A stretch of DNA of 64,000 nt, taken from Escherichia phage vB_EcoM_KAW3E185. Shown here piece after piece: positions 51,923 to 62,153 of this stretch. The position numbers and the translations under genes were made by a program. The notes under the pieces are model-generated. The model saw only the letters and a program-made list of their open reading frames with translations. It did no database searches and had not been told where the DNA came from. The stretch is taken from sequence record MK373782.1. The stretch is one strand, 5' to 3'. Within the stretch, counting starts at the first letter, position 1, and the number at the start of each line of letters is the position of its first letter.

Positions 51923-54900
51923 ATGGCTACATTAAAACAGATACAATTTAAAAGAAGCAAAGTGGCAGGAGTTAATCCTACTGCAGCACAATTAGCCGAA
52001 GGCGAATTAGCGATAAACTTAAAAGACCGAACTCTTTTTACTAAAGATGACCTCGGTAATATTATTAGCCTAGGCTTTGCTAAGGGCGGGGATATTAACG
52101 GTAATGTAACTCAAACTGGTGATTATTTACAAAACGGCGCGTATAATCTCAATGGAAATCAGTTTGTTTATGCAGGAAAATACATTGAATTTTTACCTAA
52201 AACCACTGGAAATGGCGCTTGGGCTAACCAACATTCGAATAAAGCCCCTATCTTTACAGATTTAAGTTCAACTACTTCTGTTTCAGAATACCATCCACTG
52301 ATTAAACAACGCTATAAAGATGGAACTTTTTCTGCCGGTACATTAGTAAACGAAGGTAGTTTTAAATTCCATTATATTGATGAAACCCGGACTTCAAAAT
52401 ACTGGACTTTTAATCGAAACGGTAATTTTCAAGTTGATTCCGGAAGTTTATTAGTATCTAATGGATATTTAGTTACTCAAAGTAATATTGAAACTAAAGC
52501 TGGTTCTTTAATTGGTCCTAAAGTTATTACCAAAAATATCAATGTGAGCACTAAATCTTGGGACACTAATATTGATACTGCATATGATTTAGTTTCATTA
52601 CCGACTTGGCAGTATACTCCAACCGAAACGGATTTGGATACTAATGGTATAAACTACCTTCGTAAATTCCGCGGACATGTTTCTTCTGCTATTTTCCATG
52701 AAGTTGCTGATGCTCGTTCAGGTAAACCACAGAATATTTCGTATTGGACGGGACGTAATGCCGAAGTTTATCAATGGTCTTATACCACAGATGGGCGTAT
52801 GTCTGTTGCTAATTCGATAGGTATAGGTCTTGCTGATGTTGGTGACCAAGGACGTTATCCATTGGTTTCGTTTGGTAAAGGTATTGCAATTGGTGACAAT
52901 GATACTGGTATTAAATGGGTTCGTGACGGCGTTATTGATTTGATTGCTAACGGGGTTTCGACCGGTACAATAAACAGTACTGGTATTAACAGCACTAAGA
53001 AATTGATGGTCGGTTATAGCCGCGATTCTGGTACTACTTGGGATTACCCAAATAACAACCAAGCAATGTTTACTGCGCGCACCGATGTTGATGGTAATAA
53101 TAACGGCGATGGACAGACTCATATCGGTTATAGCAGCAATGCCAAGATGTATCACTATTTCCGTGGTACAGGTCGTATGTCCGTTAGTATGGGCGATGGA
53201 CTTCTTGTTGAGCCCGGCATTTTAGATATTAAAACCGGTTCAAATTCGCTAAATTTGCGTGCTGATGGTACCATCGCTTCTGTTCAAACGTTAAAACTTA
53301 ATAACGGATTATATTTTAATGGTGATGGAACTAATGCTTCTCTAGTTTTTAAAGCAGCTTCAGGTATTGATGGCACTAAGCAAATAATGTGGGAAGGCGG
53401 TACTCGTGCAGGTCAGAACAAAAGTTATGTGACCGTGAAAGCATGGGGTAACTCATTTAATGCTACTGGTGATAAAGCTCGAGAAACCGTATTTGAGGTT
53501 TCTGATGGCCAAGGTTATTATTTCTATTCTCAACGCGTAGCTCCGACCGGTTCTGAAACTACAGGCCCTGTTGTAACCCAGTTCAATGGACAAGTTAATG
53601 CTAGAGGAAGTATTATTACTGACGGAAGTTTTAAAGTTAATGGATTAAGCACTTTAGTCGGTAATGTTACTATGTCTAATGGTTTGTTTGTCCAAGGTGG
53701 TTCTTCTATTACTGGACAGGTAAAAATTGGTGGAACGGCTGATGCATTAAGAATTTGGAATGCTGAATACGGTGCTATTTTCCGTCGTTCTGAAGATAAG
53801 CTTTATATTATTCCAACTCCAAAGAATGTTGGTGAATCAGGTGGTATTTCTAATTTACGTCCGTTCTATATTGCATTAAGTAACGGTAAAGTTTCTATGG
53901 ATCATGACGTAGATATAGGCGGCGGTAGATTTAAAGTAGAAGCGGCTGGAACTACGGCTGGTCAACGCATAACAGTAAATATGGCATCAGATGCTATTAG
54001 AATAAATGCCCCAACACAAGAATCTTCTAACTTCATCCAAGGACGTAAAGAAGATGTTCCGAAATGGTATTTAGGTATTGGCGATGGCGGCAACGTCGTT
54101 CGTATGCACAGTTACACCTACTCCCATGGTATTGCATTAAACTCTGATACGGTTGATATAGCTAAACCTCTTAGAATAGGTTCAACCCAGATTGGTACTG
54201 ATGGTAATATTACCGGTGGTTCTGGTAATTTTGCTAACTTGAATACAACAATAAATAACCTTAAGACAGATATTGTCTCAAGTTATCCTATTGGTGCTCC
54301 GATTCCTTGGCCTACTGATACACCTCCTGAAGGTTATGCCATAATGGAAGGTCAAACATTTGATGCTGACTTGTATCCTAAGTTAGCTGCAGTGTATCCT
54401 TCCGGCGCTCTGCCTGATATGCGTGGTCAAACTATCAAGGGTAAACCATCTGGGCGTGCTGTATTGAGTACAGAAGCAGACGGTGTTAAGTCACATAGCC
54501 ATAGTGCAAGTGCATCAAGCACAGATTTGGGTACTAAGACCACTTCTAGTTTTGATTACGGTAGCAAAACGACTTCAAGCTTTGATTATGGTACTAAGAC
54601 CAGTAATACCACCGGCAACCATAACCATACGGTAAGTGGAACTACCAGTTCAGCCGGTGCTCACCAACACGCGCGTTCAGGTCCTCAGGTCACTGCTGCA
54701 TGGGCAAACGATTTGTTTAGAGACGGGGTTACTACGATAGGTGCAAACTCATATGCTAAAATTAACTCAGGTATCACTGGTTCGACTTTAGCAACTAAGG
54801 TCGGTAAAACATCAAATGACGGTGCCCACACCCATAGTTGGTCAGGAACTACTAGCTCTACGGGTAACCATGCTCATACGGTAGGTATTGGTGCTCATAC

Positions 54901-55039
54901 CCATTCGGTAGGTATTGGTGCTCATTCTCATACTGTTGCAATTGGTTCCCATGGACATACAATAACTGTAAATGCCACAGGAAATACAGAAAACACAGTT
55001 AAAAACGTTGCTTTTAACTATATCGTTCGTTTAGCATAA
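51923..55039 (+). CDS. 37: Long tail fibre distal subunit gp37 (receptor-binding), T4-type
   Basis: 1038 aa; C-terminal His-box repeats (GNHNHT, GAHQHA, GAHTHS, GNHAHT, GAHSHT, GSHGHT) and T4-like C-terminus [11 protein letters not shown]. Confidence 0.95.
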   Translation: MATLKQIQFKRSKVAGVNPTAAQLAEGELAINLKDRTLFTKDDLGNIISLGFAKGGDINGNVTQTGDYLQNGAYNLNGNQFVYAGKYIEFLPKTTGNGAWANQHSNKAPIFTDLSSTTSVSEYHPLIKQRYKDGTFSAGTLVNEGSFKFHYIDETRTSKYWTFNRNGNFQVDSGSLLVSNGYLVTQSNIETKAGSLIGPKVITKNINVSTKSWDTNIDTAYDLVSLPTWQYTPTETDLDTNGINYLRKFRGHVSSAIFHEVADARSGKPQNISYWTGRNAEVYQWSYTTDGRMSVANSIGIGLADVGDQGRYPLVSFGKGIAIGDNDTGIKWVRDGVIDLIANGVSTGTINSTGINSTKKLMVGYSRDSGTTWDYPNNNQAMFTARTDVDGNNNGDGQTHIGYSSNAKMYHYFRGTGRMSVSMGDGLLVEPGILDIKTGSNSLNLRADGTIASVQTLKLNNGLYFNGDGTNASLVFKAASGIDGTKQIMWEGGTRAGQNKSYVTVKAWGNSFNATGDKARETVFEVSDGQGYYFYSQRVAPTGSETTGPVVTQFNGQVNARGSIITDGSFKVNGLSTLVGNVTMSNGLFVQGGSSITGQVKIGGTADALRIWNAEYGAIFRRSEDKLYIIPTPKNVGESGGISNLRPFYIALSNGKVSMDHDVDIGGGRFKVEAAGTTAGQRITVNMASDAIRINAPTQESSNFIQGRKEDVPKWYLGIGDGGNVVRMHSYTYSHGIALNSDTVDIAKPLRIGSTQIGTDGNITGGSGNFANLNTTINNLKTDIVSSYPIGAPIPWPTDTPPEGYAIMEGQTFDADLYPKLAAVYPSGALPDMRGQTIKGKPSGRAVLSTEADGVKSHSHSASASSTDLGTKTTSSFDYGSKTTSSFDYGTKTSNTTGNHNHTVSGTTSSAGAHQHARSGPQVTAAWANDLFRDGVTTIGANSYAKINSGITGSTLATKVGKTSNDGAHTHSWSGTTSSTGNHAHTVGIGAHTHSVGIGAHSHTVAIGSHGHTITVNATGNTENTVKNVAFNYIVRLA

Positions 55040-55043
55040 GGAG

Positions 55044-55061
55044 AAGGGGCTTCGGTCCCTT
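55044..55061 (+). promoter_or_regulatory. Hairpin in the gene 38 translation initiation region (between SD and AUG)
   Basis: GGAG at 55040-55043, hairpin aaggggc-uucg-gucccuu, AUG at 55070; hairpin shortens the effective SD-AUG distance. Confidence 0.5.
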
Positions 55062-55069
55062 TTTATAAT

Positions 55070-55621
55070 ATGAAACTCTATCACTATTATTTTGACACTA
55101 AAGAATTTTACAAAGAAGAAAATTATAAACCATTAAAAGGCGTAGGATTTCCGGCTCATTCGACACCAAAAAAACCTTTAGACCCTAAAGAAGGCTATGC
55201 TGTTATATTTGACGAACGCGAGCAAGAATGGGTATATGTTGAAGACCATCGAGGAAAAACAGTATGGACTTATGATAAGCAAAAAATTGTTATTGACACT
55301 CCAGGTGCTCTTCAAAATGTTACTACAGAAGAACCTGGCGAATTTGACATTTGGACTGACGACGGGTGGAAGGAAGATGAAGCGTATAAGCGGGTAGTTC
55401 AACGTGATAAGAAAATTCATGAACTCTATAAATTATTCAGTGTTTTAAGTTCTCTTATTGATGCAGAGGTTGCTAATAGAGAAGAAAAACGAAAATTTAA
55501 AGAGCTCAAAAAATTCTTTGCCCTTTTAGAAAAACATGAACATCTTGGTGGCGAATTCCCTAAATTCCCTGACCTTGAAAGCAAATCACTTGTTAAACGA
55601 ATTATAAATATCTTTAAGTAA
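55070..55621 (+). CDS. 38: Tail fibre assembly chaperone gp38 (T4-type)
   Basis: 183 aa; MKLYHYYFDTKEFYKEENYKP… matches T4 gp38. Confidence 0.9.
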   Translation: MKLYHYYFDTKEFYKEENYKPLKGVGFPAHSTPKKPLDPKEGYAVIFDEREQEWVYVEDHRGKTVWTYDKQKIVIDTPGALQNVTTEEPGEFDIWTDDGWKEDEAYKRVVQRDKKIHELYKLFSVLSSLIDAEVANREEKRKFKELKKFFALLEKHEHLGGEFPKFPDLESKSLVKRIINIFK

Positions 55622-55630
55622 GGAGGTATT

Positions 55631-56290
55631 ATGGCAACACCAAAAGTGTCATTTTCGCCTAGTGATATTCTATTTGGGTTGCTAGATCGTATTTTCAAAG
55701 ATAACGCTACTGGAAAGGTTTTAATGTCCCGAGTAGCGGTAATTATTCTTTTGTTCCTAATGGCACTAATATGGTACAAAGGAAGTATTTTGCTGGATTA
55801 TTATGTAAGATCTAAGTATGATACTTATACTGAAATAATCCAAAAAGAACGAGCTTTACGTTTTGAATCTGCGGCTCTAGAACAACTGCAAATAGTTCAT
55901 ATCTCATCTGGTGCAGATTTTAGTGCTGTGTATTCTTTCAGACCTAAAAACTTAAATTATTTCGTCGACCTTATAGCTTATGAAGGCAAACTGCCTAGCA
56001 CAATTTCTGAAAAGTCCCTTGGGGGATTCCCGGTGGATAAAACGGCCAATGAATATATAATTCATTTAAGTGGCCGTCATTTCTCGTCTAAATCAGAATT
56101 TGCATTTTTGCCTACAAAATCTAAAACTGCCGAACTTTCTTATATGTATAGTTGTCCATACTTTAATTTGGATAACATCTATGCTGGAACTGTGACGATG
56201 TATTGGTATAAGGGGAATAATATACTTGAGGAAGATCGCTTAGCGGCTATATGCAACCAAGCGGTCCGAATACTAGGAAGGGCTAAATAA
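55631..56290 (+). CDS. t: Holin T
   Basis: 219 aa; near-identical to T4 holin (…FSPSDILFG…KDNATGKVL…). Confidence 0.9.
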   Translation: MATPKVSFSPSDILFGLLDRIFKDNATGKVLMSRVAVIILLFLMALIWYKGSILLDYYVRSKYDTYTEIIQKERALRFESAALEQLQIVHISSGADFSAVYSFRPKNLNYFVDLIAYEGKLPSTISEKSLGGFPVDKTANEYIIHLSGRHFSSKSEFAFLPTKSKTAELSYMYSCPYFNLDNIYAGTVTMYWYKGNNILEEDRLAAICNQAVRILGRAK

Positions 56291-56563
56291 TTAGTTGTTA
56301 GAATACATCGCTAAATGACGATAAATATTTTCAAAACCTTCATTGAATTCACTAATCAGTGTTTTCTTTTCTTCGGCAGTTAAATTTGTAATTAGTTTTC
56401 TGAACGAATTCTGATTTAGCTGCCGACCATCTTTTTTAATTCCAATCTCATTCAAGAATCCGATGAAACTTGCTCGGTCTTCAACAATATCTTCCCTAGA
56501 GAATTTAATCAAAATAGAAGCAATAGTAATAATTTCACGTACGATTTCAATGTCTTTATTCAT
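56291..56563 (-). CDS. asiA: Anti-sigma70 factor AsiA
   Basis: 90 aa; strong match to T4 AsiA. Confidence 0.9.
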   Translation of the reverse strand: MNKDIEIVREIITIASILIKFSREDIVEDRASFIGFLNEIGIKKDGRQLNQNSFRKLITNLTAEEKKTLISEFNEGFENIYRHLAMYSNN

Positions 56564-56760
56564 AACGTTTTATTCATTCCACTTAGTTGATATGGATATA
56601 GTACCATTATCAGTGTTGATTGTAAACGGCTTTTTCTACGCTTTTAACGTAATCAATGTAGTCTTCCTGTTCATATGAGTGTAAGGCCAAGAATGGAACT
56701 AATAGTTCATTATAGACTAAAGCCTCACGCTCACGTTCGGCCTCTACTACGTTCTGAAGA

Positions 56761-57060
56761 TTATGACTCATATTGTTCCTTATAACTATAAATGTAGTCC
56801 TGTATGTCGAAGAATGACATTTCATATTCTAGGACATTAAGAGCCCGTTCTTCAGTATAGTCAGAACCAAAGACGATAGTGATTTCACCGGGCTTCATGT
56901 GATTGAAATCGACACTAAAAGGAATACGAGAACATACTTCGTCTGCCATATCTACGATAACACTACGACACACTTCTCGGTTAACCTGATAAAGCTCTGC
57001 AAGTTCTTCACAACGAATAACAAGTTCAGTTGCAGGATTTTCTTTGATTTTAGTAAACAT
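56761..57060 (-). CDS. Acidic hypothetical protein, possibly Arn (anti-restriction, DNA mimic)
   Basis: 99-aa acidic ORF adjacent to asiA as arn is in T4. Confidence 0.45.
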   Translation of the reverse strand: MFTKIKENPATELVIRCEELAELYQVNREVCRSVIVDMADEVCSRIPFSVDFNHMKPGEITIVFGSDYTEERALNVLEYEMSFFDIQDYIYSYKEQYES

Positions 57061-57134
57061 AGTCTTTACCCTTATGTTTTTGTTTGCGTTTAGATTGAAG
57101 TTCTGATTTCTTCTTGTCCTTATGGACAGAAGCC

Positions 57135-57362
57135 TTATTGAAATCGTGTTTTGCTACAAGATTGTTCATAATGATTTATAACCTCGTTTAAACATTTGTC
57201 TGTGAAAGAAAACTTTTTAGCCACAGAACATTCGATAATGTGCTCTTTCAAATCTTTAGAGTCGGTATATCCCATCTCAGTAATAAAGTGGCGAATTAAA
57301 GCTTTATTCTTATCATTAACAGAATTAAAATAATCTGCTTTAGAATCAATTATTCTCATCAT
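57135..57362 (-). CDS. Hypothetical protein (arn.x-like)
   Basis: 75-aa ORF. Confidence 0.4.
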   Translation of the reverse strand: MMRIIDSKADYFNSVNDKNKALIRHFITEMGYTDSKDLKEHIIECSVAKKFSFTDKCLNEVINHYEQSCSKTRFQ

Positions 57363-57627
57363 CTAATTTCCTTAATTGATATTGCAACGAGCTAATAATT
57401 TCTTCGTTCATTTTAATATACATGTCACGCAAGAAAGGTTTTAACCCATCACGAATAATTGCTAACGTACCACCTTTACATAAATTAACCAAATAAGGAT
57501 GGTCTAAAGCATCCCAACCAGGCTGATTAGCATACATACCATAGTTTTCTTCCATCATATGATTAAGACGTTTGATATCTTGGATACGTGATTCAATAGC
57601 ATCTTTCTGGAGTTGTTTAATATTCAT
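57346..57627 (-). CDS. Hypothetical protein (arn.x-like)
   Basis: 93-aa ORF. Confidence 0.4.
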   Translation of the reverse strand: MNIKQLQKDAIESRIQDIKRLNHMMEENYGMYANQPGWDALDHPYLVNLCKGGTLAIIRDGLKPFLRDMYIKMNEEIISSLQYQLRKLDDENN

Positions 57628-58088
57628 TAATACAGGTCCTCTGAATAAAGTTCTTTCTCACTTCCGTCACGTTCAATACGTACCTGTCCAGCATACGTTG
57701 CAATAATCATTGCTTCTTCACGAGTCCAGTAATTAGAGTATTGGTCGATAAAGCCTTGGTCGTCACCACAAACTTGTTGCGAGACTAATTGAGGACCAAC
57801 TATATCAAGTACTTCAGCCATATCTTTAGAGTAATGACGAACTCCAGGAATAACCAGAGTTCCACCGCTCTTCAATTTAAACCTATTAGCTGCACATACT
57901 ATAACACGTTGAACTTTTTGGTCATTATTCCAATAACACGTTTGCCAACAGATTTCAGGAACTTCATTCATTATATCATCAGCAGAATAATTATAACCGT
58001 AGGACTGGAATTTTTCTGCTAGACTTTCAGGAGTCTCACGAGACAAGGCCAAATCTAATAGCTCTAAACGTTCTTTAAATGATTTCAT
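57627..58088 (-). CDS. Hypothetical protein (arn.x-like)
   Basis: 153-aa ORF. Confidence 0.45.
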   Translation of the reverse strand: MKSFKERLELLDLALSRETPESLAEKFQSYGYNYSADDIMNEVPEICWQTCYWNNDQKVQRVIVCAANRFKLKSGGTLVIPGVRHYSKDMAEVLDIVGPQLVSQQVCGDDQGFIDQYSNYWTREEAMIIATYAGQVRIERDGSEKELYSEDLY

Positions 58089-58414
58089 TTAAACCATTCC
58101 TTAATACGTTGCCAAATAGATTTTTGTGCTTGTTTATTTACACCAATCGAACGAATAACCGGTTGTGACTGCTGATATTCTTTATAATCTTCTTTATAGA
58201 TTTCGTAAGCTGCATCAACAAACGAACTGATCGCTGCCATGTAGTTTTTACGAAGACCAAATGGCGCGTCATTATTTTCACGAATAACCGTATATTGGCC
58301 TGCTTTAATCTTTACAATTGTCCCTAAATAAGCACCGTGGTACCAAATATCCCATCCTTCCTGAGTAGGTTCTGCACATTTACGAAGTTCGTTAATAATA
58401 TTCAGCTTATTCAT
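58085..58414 (-). CDS. Hypothetical protein (arn.x-like)
   Basis: 109-aa ORF. Confidence 0.45.
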   Translation of the reverse strand: MNKLNIINELRKCAEPTQEGWDIWYHGAYLGTIVKIKAGQYTVIRENNDAPFGLRKNYMAAISSFVDAAYEIYKEDYKEYQQSQPVIRSIGVNKQAQKSIWQRIKEWFK

Positions 58415-58424
58415 TATGTATTCC

Positions 58425-59057
58425 TCACAGTACGTTAGTTACAAGGGTAATGATTTCTTTGGACACATTAGGGAAGTCAATGTAAGTATATTTACCACCG
58501 ATCTTAATCTTAACATCATTTTCAAGAGAAGTAAACAGCTTTGATTCAGTTTCTGACATGTTGTATGCAAAGATTCTAAGAGCGCCATCTCGTCGAATTT
58601 CAATTTGGCGAATGCCTAGAACTCGTTTTGCAAATCGAACTTCTAAGTTACTACGGTTTTCACCAATTTCTTTAACTTCAACTTTATCTTTAATATTTTC
58701 AAAAACAAAGTTTGCTAATTCATGCATTTCAGGAGTAACTCCACGTGCTTTTCTGGTGTTACGTTTCTGAAGAAGTTCTGGAGCATTTTCTTGAGCAAAT
58801 AGGTCTGCAGCTTTTTGGATAATATCCATTGCTTCGCCGGTTGCCACAAGACCATCACCAGATTTTTCGACTAAACCTTTCTTAATCAATACACCAATGT
58901 TAGAGTTAACAACTGATGCGTTGTATTCTGCTTCCAGAGCTTCACGGACATTGGCAGCAGTGGTGAAGTTGTTCTTAATGATATAAACCATTATTGCAGC
59001 AGTTTTTTCATTCAGAGCGTTTTCAGAAGCTTTGATGATGTAAGTAACTTTAGACAT
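58425..59057 (-). CDS. motA: Middle-transcription activator MotA
   Basis: 210 aa; N-terminal similarity to T4 MotA (MSKVTYIIKAS…NSNIGVLIKKGLVEKSGDGL). Confidence 0.85.
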   Translation of the reverse strand: MSKVTYIIKASENALNEKTAAIMVYIIKNNFTTAANVREALEAEYNASVVNSNIGVLIKKGLVEKSGDGLVATGEAMDIIQKAADLFAQENAPELLQKRNTRKARGVTPEMHELANFVFENIKDKVEVKEIGENRSNLEVRFAKRVLGIRQIEIRRDGALRIFAYNMSETESKLFTSLENDVKIKIGGKYTYIDFPNVSKEIITLVTNVL

Positions 59058-59096
59058 TTTATTTCTCCAATTCGGTTGTTTTGTTTTGATAGGTTT

Positions 59097-59125
59097 ATAA
59101 TATCATGTTTGACGCACGTGTAAAC
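59097..59125 (-). promoter_or_regulatory. Early promoter (GTTTAC-17-TATTAT) for motA
   Basis: Consensus match. Confidence 0.55.
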
Positions 59126-59242
59126 TGTTTTGTGAGAAAAATGCACAAAAAGGAGCCGAAGCTCCCTAATCATGTTTGTCCAACCAATACAGCCAAATCA
59201 CTAGTGCAGCTATTGCACCGAGAAATCCTAAGGCTAGGGCAC

Positions 59243-60568
59243 TCAAAGTGCCTCCAAGTCTTTAGTGTACTCTGTCACAACATCAGTAGACTTCCAATAC
59301 TCATTTTCTTCTTTCTTAGCTTTAGCTTCTTCTGCTAGTTTACGTGCTTCATCGGAAGTGATATGGAAGATGTTAAGACCTACCAGTTTATCGACATGTT
59401 CTTTATACATTTCGATTTGTGCTAGCTCTTCAGTCAAAGCTTTACGAGTCTTGCCTTGAATCACAATTTCGCCACTGATAACTTTTTTGATGAAGTGTGC
59501 CTTAGCAAAAGCAAGTTTAAATGCTTTTTCAGATTCAATGATTTTGTTGTCAATACGTTTCTGAACGTAAGTCTTACGGACTTCAACAAAATCTTTGATT
59601 AAGTCCACTACGTTATCGTAGACCGCTAATTTACCCTTTTCATTAATCACTGTGATGTTTTGTGAACGACGTTCGATGAGACTAAAATCTTTCATGATTT
59701 TTTCATGACGTAGCTCTTCATCATCAGGAAGCGAGTACTCTTTACGGAACTTCACCTTAAACCCAAAGCCGTGTTCACCACAATCATCTTCCCATGAGAT
59801 TAGACCTTTGTCTTCCAACGGGTCAAGAACCTTACTCACGTACGTTTCACGGTCGAATTTATATGGGATTTCAGTTATCTGCATTTGAGTGCGAGATGTG
59901 AACTTATATGTTCCGTGAATCTCATAACGCCCATCAACTTCATGCACTTCACCGCGGAATTCCGGGAATTCAACTTTTGGCTTAGTGACATTTTTACCTT
60001 GAAGAGCTTGTAATACAGCCTTTTTGACTGATTTGAAACTATGAGGCAGAATATTTGTTGCGTAACCGGTTGCAATACCGGAGACGCCGTTCAAAAGAAC
60101 TGTCGGAATAATAGGAAGATAGAATTTTGGTGGAACGTGTTCTTTATCTTCATGAGCTGGAGCATATTCGGTATCTTTATAGACATTATAGAAATTTTTG
60201 CTTACACGAGCAAAAATATAACGAGATGCTGCAGCTTTTTGGACTGTTCGAGAACCAAAGTTGCCTTGGCCATCTAACAGTGGATAGTTGTTGTTCCATG
60301 TGTTAGCCATCAATGCACCTGCATCTTGTGCAGAAGATTCACCATGGTGATAACCTAAATCTGCAACACCGCCTGCAATTGACGCAAGTTTATGAAATTT
60401 TTCTTTATTACCACGAGCCAAATCTAACGCACGATGAACCACAAAACGTTGAACCGGCTTAAATCCATCAATCATGTTTGGGATTGCACGGTTTTCAACG
60501 GTGTACATCGCATATGCTAAGGCTTCGTTATCAATAATACTTTTTAGATTACGAGAATTCAATTGCAT
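59243..60568 (-). CDS. 52: DNA topoisomerase II medium subunit gp52
   Basis: 441 aa. Confidence 0.95.
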   Translation of the reverse strand: MQLNSRNLKSIIDNEALAYAMYTVENRAIPNMIDGFKPVQRFVVHRALDLARGNKEKFHKLASIAGGVADLGYHHGESSAQDAGALMANTWNNNYPLLDGQGNFGSRTVQKAAASRYIFARVSKNFYNVYKDTEYAPAHEDKEHVPPKFYLPIIPTVLLNGVSGIATGYATNILPHSFKSVKKAVLQALQGKNVTKPKVEFPEFRGEVHEVDGRYEIHGTYKFTSRTQMQITEIPYKFDRETYVSKVLDPLEDKGLISWEDDCGEHGFGFKVKFRKEYSLPDDEELRHEKIMKDFSLIERRSQNITVINEKGKLAVYDNVVDLIKDFVEVRKTYVQKRIDNKIIESEKAFKLAFAKAHFIKKVISGEIVIQGKTRKALTEELAQIEMYKEHVDKLVGLNIFHITSDEARKLAEEAKAKKEENEYWKSTDVVTEYTKDLEAL

Positions 60569-60572
60569 ATTT

Positions 60573-60713
60573 TCACCATATTAATGAACGAATATCCATT
60601 ATAACATCTGAAATGAAAAGCACTACTTGGATTAGTCCAAACATCACACCGTAGTACAGAACCGTAAGCAACAACAAGAGCCCGAAGGCTCCTGCTAAGA
60701 TTTTCTTAATCAT
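60573..60713 (-). CDS. Small hydrophobic membrane peptide (46 aa)
   Basis: Hand-translated MIKKILAGAFGLLLLLTVLYYGVMFGLIQVVLFISDVIMDIRSLIW; ATG overlaps the stop of the upstream micro-ORF (TAATG). Confidence 0.35.
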   Translation of the reverse strand: MIKKILAGAFGLLLLLTVLYYGVMFGLIQVVLFISDVIMDIRSLIW

Positions 60714-60859
60714 TACTCGCCTTTTAACACGTTAAAAAGAGCTAAGACCGCTAAGGTGCCTTGTGATACGGCCTGTTGAAATACTGTTGTTTCGCCTGTA
60801 ACTAAAGTGTTAACGAATAAAAACGACCAACACAGCAATGCAATAATCCATGCTACCAT
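60713..60859 (-). CDS. Small membrane protein (48 aa), possibly ac-like
   Basis: Hand-translated MVAWIIALLCWSFLFVNTLVTGETTVFQQAVSQGTLAVLALFNVLKGE; sits where the small ac membrane protein is expected. Confidence 0.4.
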   Translation of the reverse strand: MVAWIIALLCWSFLFVNTLVTGETTVFQQAVSQGTLAVLALFNVLKGE

Positions 60860-60911
60860 TTTAATTACCTCAAAAATAAATTAAAGGCCCAACTTAATAG
60901 GCCCGTATAAA

Positions 60912-61358
60912 TTAGTAACTCTGCAGAATGAATTTGAAATTATCAGCCAGAAGACGGTTCATTTCAGTGAGTGTTTGATATTCTGATGTATGATTGCGAG
61001 TGAATGCCAGAGCCAATTGTCCTTTACCATAACCAGTGGTCAGTGGTTTCATGTTCTTAGCTGCAACAAAGATTACATCATATTCAATATTGTTAGTGCC
61101 CATGGTACGGGCTAGTTGTGAACGGCCTTGACGAATGTGAGAAAGAATTGCATCCAACCCTTGTTTAGAACGTTGACGTCCTACAAAGAATCGTGCTGCT
61201 ACTTGTCGCCAATCAGATGAACCTTTAACAAAGAAGTAAAAACCTTCACGAGAACGAAACTCTTTAGAAACTTCAGAACCGTATTCACCATTACGAACTA
61301 CTGCAACAACTTCACCGCCAACTGCCAGAAGGTCTTTACGAGTTAAATATTTGGACAT
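60912..61358 (-). CDS. ndd: Nucleoid disruption protein Ndd
   Basis: 148 aa; strong C-terminal identity to T4 Ndd (…[20 protein letters not shown]…[11 protein letters not shown]). Confidence 0.85.
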   Translation of the reverse strand: MSKYLTRKDLLAVGGEVVAVVRNGEYGSEVSKEFRSREGFYFFVKGSSDWRQVAARFFVGRQRSKQGLDAILSHIRQGRSQLARTMGTNNIEYDVIFVAAKNMKPLTTGYGKGQLALAFTRNHTSEYQTLTEMNRLLADNFKFILQSY

Positions 61359-61402
61359 GCTAATTTCCTCAATTGATTAATGTTTTTGTAATCCATGAGA
61401 GC

Positions 61403-61432
61403 ATTATACTCTGCTCTCAAGAGTTTGTACAA
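61403..61432 (-). promoter_or_regulatory. Early promoter (TTGTAC-18-TATAAT) for ndd
   Basis: Near-duplicate of the promoter at 31561-31590, with palindrome gagagca…tgctctc around the −10. Confidence 0.5.
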
Positions 61433-61434
61433 TT

Positions 61435-61635
61435 TTATTCGGCCATATCAGAACGTTCAAAAAGCTCTTCAACAGTTAAACATTCAGTGTCATCTTCAAT
61501 AAAGAATCGAGTCCAACACGTTGGGGCGATACAGTTATGAGTTTGTCCGGCGATAGAAGCTACACGAATAAGCTGCTGACCGTTATTCAGAACAAATTTT
61601 TCACCAATTTCAACATCTTTAAAAAGCTTAGCCAT
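61435..61635 (-). CDS. Hypothetical protein (ndd.x-like)
   Basis: 66-aa ORF. Confidence 0.4.
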   Translation of the reverse strand: MAKLFKDVEIGEKFVLNNGQQLIRVASIAGQTHNCIAPTCWTRFFIEDDTECLTVEELFERSDMAE

Positions 61636-61663
61636 TTTGTGTTCCTCATATTTTGATAGGACT

Positions 61664-61693
61664 ACTATACCATAATCCTACCTTGATGTAAAC
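61664..61693 (-). promoter_or_regulatory. Early promoter (GTTTAC-18-TATAGT)
   Basis: Consensus match; near-duplicate of 62180-62209. Confidence 0.5.
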
Positions 61694-61889
61694 AATTAAA
61701 TTAAATTACATTAAAGTATGTTAAAGCCAACCATGTTCCAGTGAACGAACATGCGATGTAAAAACCGTATCACAAATTGTTCTTAGTACAATAAGAAGTG
61801 CATTTTTCATAAGTACCTCAATGCAATTGAAAATATTATACAAATCATAGGGATACTAAGCAACCATATTCCGATCCACATTTTAGAGC

Positions 61890-62153
61890 TCATAGCTCAA
61901 CTTCCGCGAGTTCCATATATCCTTTGTTGATAACCTCTTTAAGGTCTTTAGAAAGAATAACACTAAAATGGTCGTTCATATGTCCATTAACTAAACGAGT
62001 TATTTCGGCTTCAGATGACATATAAGGCACGTCTGAGTCCCAATGAGATAGACCCAAATGAGTATAAATCATCCCTTCGTCATCTGCAGTGTTGTACATT
62101 GAAACAAATTCGCCTGTTACTTTATGTTTTGCGTAGAAAAATTTAAATTTCAT
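61890..62153 (-). CDS. Hypothetical protein (ndd.x-like)
   Basis: 87-aa ORF. Confidence 0.45.
   Translation of the reverse strand: MKFKFFYAKHKVTGEFVSMYNTADDEGMIYTHLGLSHWDSDVPYMSSEAEITRLVNGHMNDHFSVILSKDLKEVINKGYMELAEVEL

Noticed and set aside
60860-60911. Direct repeat aggccc…aggccc between the ac-like ORF and ndd, considered as a hairpin or terminator
   Set aside because: The two halves are direct, not inverted, repeats, so no stem can form.
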